This document shows positions 57,568 through 64,000 of a stretch of DNA of 64,000 nt, piece by piece (positions within the stretch are counted from its first letter, which is position 1; each line of letters opens with the position of its first letter). Both the position numbers and the translations under genes were made by a program. Source of the stretch: Roseibacillus sp. (GTDB lineage: Bacteria > Verrucomicrobiota > Verrucomicrobiia > Verrucomicrobiales > Akkermansiaceae). The stretch covers positions 315,668 to 379,667 of the forward strand of contig CBDEUM010000038.1 in NCBI GenBank assembly GCA_965242925.1, read 5' to 3'. The notes beneath the pieces were generated by a model. That model saw nothing but the letters and a program-made list of their open reading frames with translations, was not told the origin of the DNA and made no database searches.

Positions 57568-57592
57568 AAACTTACGTTTTAAACATCTGTTT
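57568..57592. promoter_or_regulatory. Two tandem AAAC-N4-GTTT inverted repeats, candidate TetR (PsrA-like) operator
   Basis: AAAC TTAC GTTT at 57568-57579 and AAAC ATCT GTTT at 57581-57592, between a TTGACC hexamer (57558) and the TetR ATG (57599). Confidence 0.7.
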
Positions 57593-57598
57593 AAGTTG

Positions 57599-58255
57599 AT
57601 GGCGAAAACACCTGAAGATCCCCGGGGCACCCGCGAAAGGGTCCTGAGGTCTGCTGAAACGCTTTTTGCGGAGCGGGGTTTTGAAATCGTTTCCCTGCGG
57701 GATATTACCGGGGCCGCGGATGCGAATGTAGCTGCGGTGAATTATCATTTCGGCTCCAAGGAAAAGTTGATCGATGCTGTCATCGAGCGCCACGTGGTGC
57801 CGATCAACGAGGAGCGGGTGGAACTACTTAATCGTTTTGAAGCCAAGTGGGTGGAATCCCCCCTGCCGGTAGACAAAGTTCTGAAGGCCTTTCTTTGGCC
57901 GATGCTGCGACACATCACAAGTGGGGAAATGTCCGAAGAGCTCTTTGGAAAATTCATGGGCCGCCTCATTGGGGAGCGTGGTTACCGACTCCCGGAATCC
58001 GTCCGTCCCCTGTTCAGGATGATGGCTGCCCGCTTCACATCGGCCCTGCGCAGGGCGGTGCCGCAACTCAGTGAGGAAGAGGCCCTCTGGCGAATGCATT
58101 TCTCCTTTGGAGTGATGTCAAACACCCTGACGCACGGTGACACCTTGCGTGAGATCTCAGGTGGAAGAGCAGGAAATCCTTCTATTGAGAAGATCTTCGA
58201 GGAGATTATCGAGTTCTGCGCGGCCGGCATTGAGGCAGTCAAAAAAGAATCATGA
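57599..58255 (+). CDS. TetR/AcrR family regulator (PsrA-like)
   Basis: TRERVLRSAETLFAERGF...SLRDITGAADANVAAVNYHFGSKEKL HTH. Confidence 0.93.
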   Translation: MAKTPEDPRGTRERVLRSAETLFAERGFEIVSLRDITGAADANVAAVNYHFGSKEKLIDAVIERHVVPINEERVELLNRFEAKWVESPLPVDKVLKAFLWPMLRHITSGEMSEELFGKFMGRLIGERGYRLPESVRPLFRMMAARFTSALRRAVPQLSEEEALWRMHFSFGVMSNTLTHGDTLREISGGRAGNPSIEKIFEEIIEFCAAGIEAVKKES

Positions 58256-59664
58256 GTGAGAGGAGGGCAGTGCTGGCAGTGCTTGGACTGACGGTCCTTG
58301 CGGTAGGTTGTGCGGTGCGTCCGCCCGAAAGCCGTATCGGCAATGTGTCTGCCGGGGCACCGGAGCGCTGGATTGCGAGCAGGGCTGCAGGGGCGGGGAT
58401 CGATCAGAACTGGATCACGCGCTTTGGGGACTCTCAGCTGGTCGTTCTGGTTGACGAATCAATGAAGAACAATCCGGACCTTCGGGTAGCAGCCGAACGC
58501 GTTCGCCGGGCGGAAGCGGTTGCCCGCCTCTCCGGAGCAACACGGCGGGTGCAGGCGTCAGGAAACATCACCGGGCAGTTGCAAAAGCAGCGTTTCCCGG
58601 GCTTTCCGCTCAATCTGGGAAGTAATACTGCGGAGGTTTTCGGGGCTTCAGTGGATGTCAACTGGGAGCTGGATCTCTGGGGTCGACTCCGTGCTACCCA
58701 GCGGGCAGCGATAGCGGATCAGGAGGCGCAGGAAGGGGATTACCGGGCAGCGCGTGCCTCGATGGCAGCCCAACTCGCAAAGGCTTGGTTCGCACTGGGG
58801 GAGGCCAATGAGCAGATCGGACTCGCGCAGGCGGCGATCGTGGTGCGTGACAAGACGGTAGCATCGATTCGGGAACGCTTTGCAGGGGCTCTGGAGGGAG
58901 GTCTGGCGTCGCAGTTGCGCCTGGCGGAAACGGATCTCGCCGGTTCCCGCGCGGCGCTTGCACGGTGGCGGGCTGAACGTGAACGCGCGGTGAGGCAGGT
59001 GGAGTTGCTGGTGGGGCGTTATCCAAAGGGAGGGTCACTTTCCCGACGGGGCCTTCCCAGGGCGCCTGAGGCTCCGCCCGCGGGACTGGCCTCGGAGCTC
59101 TTGCTGCGGCGACCGGATATCCTTGCAGCCGAGCGCAGGTACGCCGCGGCAGGAAGTCGTTTCAAGGCCGCACGGTTGGCGCGTTATCCGAGCTTCTCCT
59201 TGACTGGCAGGAAGGGCACGAGCACCGATGCTCTGCACGAGGTGCTGGACAGTCGGTTGGGAGTGTGGTCCCTCAGCGGGGGCGTGGTCCAGCCGTTGCT
59301 TTCCGGGGGGCGCCTCCGGGAGGAAGCGAAGATTGCGGGTCATGATGAGGAGATCGCCCTGCGTGAGTTGCAGGGCAGTGTCCTGCGTGCATTCGGAGAG
59401 GTCGAGCAGGCGCTCGTGGCAGAGGAATATTTCGGCAAACGGGAACGGGCGATGGCGGAATCCGCTCGCTCGGCCCGGGAAGCGGCGGGAGCGGCCATCG
59501 TCGACTTTGCAGACGGGGCAGTCGAAGCTCTGACCCTTCTGAGTGCCCAGGATCGGCAGGTGCAGACCGCATTTCAGTTGGCTTCCCTACGCCGTATGCG
59601 GCTCGACAACCGGGTGAACCTTCACCTGGCGCTGGGGGGGGATTTTAAATTACGGGGACAATAG
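58252..59664 (+). CDS. RND efflux outer-membrane factor lipoprotein (NodT/OprM family)
   Basis: Lipobox AVGC; NNPDLRVA, WELDLWGR, SELLLRRPDILAAE and LHLALGG motifs. Confidence 0.93.
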   Translation: MSERRAVLAVLGLTVLAVGCAVRPPESRIGNVSAGAPERWIASRAAGAGIDQNWITRFGDSQLVVLVDESMKNNPDLRVAAERVRRAEAVARLSGATRRVQASGNITGQLQKQRFPGFPLNLGSNTAEVFGASVDVNWELDLWGRLRATQRAAIADQEAQEGDYRAARASMAAQLAKAWFALGEANEQIGLAQAAIVVRDKTVASIRERFAGALEGGLASQLRLAETDLAGSRAALARWRAERERAVRQVELLVGRYPKGGSLSRRGLPRAPEAPPAGLASELLLRRPDILAAERRYAAAGSRFKAARLARYPSFSLTGRKGTSTDALHEVLDSRLGVWSLSGGVVQPLLSGGRLREEAKIAGHDEEIALRELQGSVLRAFGEVEQALVAEEYFGKRERAMAESARSAREAAGAAIVDFADGAVEALTLLSAQDRQVQTAFQLASLRRMRLDNRVNLHLALGGDFKLRGQ

Positions 59665-59671
59665 TAATAGA

Positions 59672-60919
59672 ATGAGCAGGAAGCTAATCGTCGATGAAGG
59701 ATTGGTTCGGGCCGGGATCTGGGCGCTGATCTGCGTGGCGATCCTCGGCGGAGCGATTGGGATCACCGGATTTCTGATCAGGAACGGTCCGGAGGCACCA
59801 GCCTCCGAACCGAAGACGAGAATGGTCACGGTGGTGGTAGAGGAGGCGGTGGTCTCCGGGTTTGAACTGAAGCTGAAATCCGGGGGTGAGGTGCTGCCCC
59901 GCCGCCGGACGGCGGTAACCGCGGAAGTGGGGGGACGGTTGACCTTTGTTCATCAACAGTTCGAAAAAGGGGAGATTTTTGAGGGGGCGAGCCCGGACCG
60001 TCGGGGTGACCTGCTGCTTCGGATTGACCGGGCGGATTACGAAGCGGCCCTGGCGGCCGGGGAGGCGACTCTGGCAGATGCCCGGTTGGCCCTGACGATG
60101 GAGGAGGTGCGCAAAGCCCAGGCCATGCGAGATTGGTTGAAGATCGGGAACGGGGAAGAGGCCAGCGAACTGGTGAAACGGATACCGCACATCGCGAGTG
60201 CCAAGGCCAAGATCGTGGCGGCGGAAGCGGGACTGGAGAAGGCGAAACGCGATCTGGATCGCACTGAAATCCGCGTGCCTTACGACTGCCGACTGGAACG
60301 GACCTACGTCGATGTGGGATCGACCGTCGCGCCCGGGATGCCCCTGGTCGACCTCGTTTCCCTGGGAGCGGTTAAGGTGCGTTTGCCTCTCTCGCTCGAG
60401 GACTACGGGTATTTGAAACGGAAGGACGGTGGGGTGATCGGTGAGGTGACGGCAATCGGCCGGATTGGTGGAAAGACGGTGAACTGGAACGGTCGAATCA
60501 TTCGATCCGAAGAGATGGTAGAGAGAACCACGAGGTCGATCAACGTGGTGGCGGAATTCGGCACAGACGGTGGTGACGCTCCACCTATTGGCATGTTCGT
60601 CCAGGCAGTCATCAACGGGAAGACTCTTCCCGAGGTGGTTCGGGTGCCACGTTCGGCAATGATTGATGGTGATAATGTTCTGCTGGCGAAGGAAGGCAGG
60701 TTGGATATTCGGCCGGTGGAGGTGCTTCGCACGGAGGCAGCGGAGGTGATCGTAAGGGGGGGGGCAGCAGAGGGGGAGGTGCCGGCCGGGGCACAAATCG
60801 TAATCACACCACCAAATTCTCCGGTGCAGAACAGTCGGATTGCAATCGCGAAACCCGGGAGAGAGGAGAGCGATACTGAGCCTGAAGAGAAGGGAGCGGG
60901 AAGGGAGAGGGAGGAATGA
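59672..60919 (+). CDS. RND efflux periplasmic adaptor (membrane fusion protein)
   Basis: N-terminal TM, VTAEVGGR lipoyl half, coiled-coil hairpin, LDRTEIRVPYD and GMFVQA motifs. Confidence 0.92.
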   Translation: MSRKLIVDEGLVRAGIWALICVAILGGAIGITGFLIRNGPEAPASEPKTRMVTVVVEEAVVSGFELKLKSGGEVLPRRRTAVTAEVGGRLTFVHQQFEKGEIFEGASPDRRGDLLLRIDRADYEAALAAGEATLADARLALTMEEVRKAQAMRDWLKIGNGEEASELVKRIPHIASAKAKIVAAEAGLEKAKRDLDRTEIRVPYDCRLERTYVDVGSTVAPGMPLVDLVSLGAVKVRLPLSLEDYGYLKRKDGGVIGEVTAIGRIGGKTVNWNGRIIRSEEMVERTTRSINVVAEFGTDGGDAPPIGMFVQAVINGKTLPEVVRVPRSAMIDGDNVLLAKEGRLDIRPVEVLRTEAAEVIVRGGAAEGEVPAGAQIVITPPNSPVQNSRIAIAKPGREESDTEPEEKGAGREREE

Positions 60920-63900
60920 AGGGTGTCATCCGCTGGTTCAGCCGCAATCATGTGGCGGGCAATTTCCTGATGCTGGCTATTCTGCTGGCGGGATTTTATA
61001 CTTGGTTTCAACTCAAGAAGGAGATCTTCCCGGAGATCTCGATCGATGCGGTATCAGTGGGAGTGCCTTATCCCAACGCGAGTCCCGAGGATGTTGAGGA
61101 GGGTGTGGTCATTCCGGTGGAGGAAGCCATCGCAGACCTGGACGGAATCCGTGAGATCAATTCTGTGGCAGCGGAGGGCATGGGCATGATTACCGTCAGG
61201 GTTGAGAACGGCTATGACGTGCGCAATGTGATGGATGATATCAGGACGAGGGTGGATGCCATCGATAACTTCGCGCAGGAGGCGGAGCGCCCGGTACTTG
61301 AGGAACTTCGCATCACCTCGCAGGTAGTCAGCATTGCCGTCTCGGGAGACGCCGACGAGAGAAGTCTGCGACGGGTGGCGGAGGATGTGCGGACCGGTCT
61401 TCTGGATTTCAAGCCCACCAAGCCGAAATTCGACATCAGAAATCCTGTCCCGTTTTTCCTCTCCGCCCTCCGGAAGGAAACGGAGATCACCAAGGTGCGA
61501 CTGGCTGCGGTGCGCCCCTATGAAATCGCAATAGAAGTCTCTGAAGAAAGGTTGCGTCAATTCGATCTGACTATTGAGGAAGTAGCCAATGCAGTGAGAC
61601 AGGCATCCTTTGATCTTCCAGGTGGATCAGTTCAAACCTCCGCAGGGGAGGTGGTGATCCGGGTTCTCGGCAAGCCAGACGATTTCCGGCAGTTTGAGGA
61701 AGTGGTAGTGCTCACGAGACCGGATGGCTCGACAGTGAAACTCCGGGAGATTGCCAGCGTGGTTGATGGTTTTGAGGAGGTAGACCTGACAAACTCCTTT
61801 GATGGGCGTAAAGCCGTCCTCATCAACGTTTTCCGCACGGGGGAACAGGACACGCTGAGAATCCGCGAGGCGATTGCGGACTACCTGGAGAAGGCTCGGA
61901 CGGAAATTCCGGAGGGGATCAGGTTGGAGGTCTGGAATGATACGAGCATCTACCTCAAGGGACGTGTCGATCTGCTCAAGCGGAATGGCACCTGGGGGCT
62001 CATCCTTGTATTCCTTGTTCTGGCGCTGTTTCTGCGACCCAGTCTGGCCTTTCTGGTGGCGTTGGGGATCCCTGTTTCCTTTGCCGGCGGCATATGGCTC
62101 ATGCCGCATTTGGGAATCTCGATCAACATGATCTCCCTCTTCGCCTTCATTCTCGTGCTCGGGATCGTGGTTGATGATGCCATTATCGTGGGAGAGAACG
62201 TCTACCGCCGCATACGAAACGGGGAGGATCCGAGGGAAGCATCCTGGCAAGGAACGCACGAAGTGGGAGTGGTTGTCATCTTCGGGGTATTCACAACCAT
62301 GGTGGCGTTTAGCCCCATGTTGGGACTGAGTGGTGTGAGCGGTAAGATCTGGCCGAACATACCACTCGTCGTGATCCCCACGCTGATGTTCTCGCTGGTA
62401 CAGTCGAAGCTCGTCCTGCCAGCTCACCTTGCTCTGCTGAGACGAAGCGACCCGACTCGCAAAGTCTGGATTCTGGGCCGTCTGCAGCAAAGAATATCAC
62501 TCGGACTTGAGCGGTTCGTGATCCGGATCTACAGCCCTTTCCTCAAGTTCTGCCTGCGGCATCGCTATATAGTGCTCTCGATTTTCCTGGCGACCCTTTG
62601 TCTGACGGTGGGACTGGTAAAAGGGAAATGGATCAAGAGCATGTTTTTTCCACAGGTCGAGGCCGACCTGGTTATTGCGCGTTACGAATTACCCCGGGGG
62701 GTTCCCTTCCAGTCGGCTCTTGAGGCCACGCGGAAGATAGAGAAGGAAGCTCTCAACCTGGCGGATTCCCTGGAGATGAGGACGAGGGATGGCAAACCGG
62801 TTATCCGCCATATGCTGGCCAGTGCGGGCATCCAGCCTTTTATTTCCGATTTTTCACCGAGCGGGCCAGGATCCGGCAGCAATATCGGGGAGGTAACCCT
62901 CGAGTTGGCACCATCGGCGGAGCGGGATATTTCATCCAATGAAATCGTACGCCGCTGGCGCGAGCAGGTGAAGAGCATCCCGAGCGCGGTTGAATTGACC
63001 TTTATCGCCCAGGCTGCGGGGGGAGGGAACGCGATTGACCTGCTCCTGGTAGGAAAGGACCAGAAGGAGCTTCGGGCGGCAGCAGATTTCCTGCGCGAAA
63101 AGCTGGAGAGTTATATCGGAGTGATTGATATCGCTGATAGCGATCGACCAGGAAAACGGGAGTTAATTTTCGAGGATCTGACTGCGGAGGGTCGGGCTGC
63201 TGGTCTCCGCCTGGGAGATGTCGCCGCTCAGGTGCGCCGGGCTTTTTATGGTGATGAGGTGCAGCGATTGCAGCGTGGATACGATGAGGTGAAGGTGATG
63301 GTGCGCTATCCGGAGGGAGAACGGGAATCGGTTGAGAATTTCGAGCAAATGAAACTGCGTACGCCGCAGGGCAACATCCCTCTCATGCAGGTAGTGACCG
63401 CGAGGGAACGCAGGGGACCGGATACCATCCGACGCTCGCAAAGGAAGCGTGCGATCCGCATCACGGCCGACGTGGATCGCAGTATGGCCAATTCGAACGA
63501 TGTTATGAAACGGTTCAAGTCGGAGGCGCTGCCCGAACTGGCCGATCGTTTCCAGGGGGTGGAACACAGATTCGAAGGCGAGCAGTCTGATCAGGCTGAG
63601 AGCATTCGTCAGATTGGCATCGGTTTTCTTTTTGCCCTGATTGCAATGTATGTGCTCATGGCCATACCGCTGCGTTCATACCTCCAACCGGTGATCATCA
63701 TGTCGGTTATTCCATTTGGAATCGTAGGCGCCGTATTCGGCCACATTGTGATGCGCACCGAACTGAGCATCATGTCGATGTGCGGATTCGTGGCGTTGGC
63801 GGGGGTGGTGGTAAATGACAGCCTGCTGATGGTGGATTACGTGAACCGTCACCGGAGGGATTGTAGCAGTGTGCTTGAAGCCGCCGTTAAAGCGGGGGGA

Positions 63901-64000
63901 GTGCGCTTCCGTGCCATCCTTCTGACATCGCTCACGACCTTTGCGGGGTTGATGCCCATATTGCTTGAGACGGATATGCAGGCGCGGTTTCTTGTTCCCA
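60916..64000 (+). CDS. RND efflux permease (AcrB family), 3'-truncated by the window
   Basis: ATG 60916 overlaps the MFP stop; reads IRWFSRNHVAGNFLM, LGIVVDDAIIVGEN, GVVVNDSL and RFRAILLTSLTTFAG. No stop before the window end, hence absent from the ORF track. Confidence 0.95.
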   Translation, partial: MKGVIRWFSRNHVAGNFLMLAILLAGFYTWFQLKKEIFPEISIDAVSVGVPYPNASPEDVEEGVVIPVEEAIADLDGIREINSVAAEGMGMITVRVENGYDVRNVMDDIRTRVDAIDNFAQEAERPVLEELRITSQVVSIAVSGDADERSLRRVAEDVRTGLLDFKPTKPKFDIRNPVPFFLSALRKETEITKVRLAAVRPYEIAIEVSEERLRQFDLTIEEVANAVRQASFDLPGGSVQTSAGEVVIRVLGKPDDFRQFEEVVVLTRPDGSTVKLREIASVVDGFEEVDLTNSFDGRKAVLINVFRTGEQDTLRIREAIADYLEKARTEIPEGIRLEVWNDTSIYLKGRVDLLKRNGTWGLILVFLVLALFLRPSLAFLVALGIPVSFAGGIWLMPHLGISINMISLFAFILVLGIVVDDAIIVGENVYRRIRNGEDPREASWQGTHEVGVVVIFGVFTTMVAFSPMLGLSGVSGKIWPNIPLVVIPTLMFSLVQSKLVLPAHLALLRRSDPTRKVWILGRLQQRISLGLERFVIRIYSPFLKFCLRHRYIVLSIFLATLCLTVGLVKGKWIKSMFFPQVEADLVIARYELPRGVPFQSALEATRKIEKEALNLADSLEMRTRDGKPVIRHMLASAGIQPFISDFSPSGPGSGSNIGEVTLELAPSAERDISSNEIVRRWREQVKSIPSAVELTFIAQAAGGGNAIDLLLVGKDQKELRAAADFLREKLESYIGVIDIADSDRPGKRELIFEDLTAEGRAAGLRLGDVAAQVRRAFYGDEVQRLQRGYDEVKVMVRYPEGERESVENFEQMKLRTPQGNIPLMQVVTARERRGPDTIRRSQRKRAIRITADVDRSMANSNDVMKRFKSEALPELADRFQGVEHRFEGEQSDQAESIRQIGIGFLFALIAMYVLMAIPLRSYLQPVIIMSVIPFGIVGAVFGHIVMRTELSIMSMCGFVALAGVVVNDSLLMVDYVNRHRRDCSSVLEAAVKAGGVRFRAILLTSLTTFAGLMPILLETDMQARFLVP

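Noticed and set aside
1..64000. Mobile elements, prophage, tRNA or rRNA genes
   Set aside because: No transposase, integrase or phage structural genes, terminal repeats or cloverleaf/rRNA signatures recognised by eye.

Overview
A GC-rich, gene-dense bacterial chromosomal segment with no phage, IS, CRISPR, tRNA or rRNA that I can see. Gene content points to the PVC superphylum, most likely Verrucomicrobiota (inference). The supporting genes are the DUF1549/DUF1553 + DUF1501 pair, planctomycete-type cytochrome c domains, a TIGR02999-type ECF sigma next to a Ser/Thr kinase-WD40, DP.AA..W repeat proteins and a permease-DtxR fusion. Housekeeping genes are ribBA-ribH-nusB, rpoN, mrp, guaB-guaA, rpoA-rplQ, bioB, patB/malY-like, hslO and an RND efflux operon that runs off the right edge. 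Best leads: (1) a four-gene His-rich putative metal-handling operon (24161-28235) that pairs a ZnuA-fold lipoprotein lacking two canonical His ligands with a LolD/MacB-type ABC machine and an unknown GHWGHFH protein; (2) an ECF sigma/kinase module where the same bipartite motif TTCTCTGCGG-N17-CGCAT precedes both the kinase and a helical-repeat gene, a candidate cognate promoter; (3) a TroABCD-like operon with a YtgCR-like permease-repressor fusion, an 8-1-8 palindrome upstream and a duplicated troA/troB junction; (4) a 19-bp tandem array in the leader of a SNF2 ATPase; (5) a sigma54 promoter in front of rpoN; (6) several apparent pseudoenzymes. Two genes carry single frameshifts that may be assembly indels. 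All family calls come from motif recognition by eye; no searches were run.
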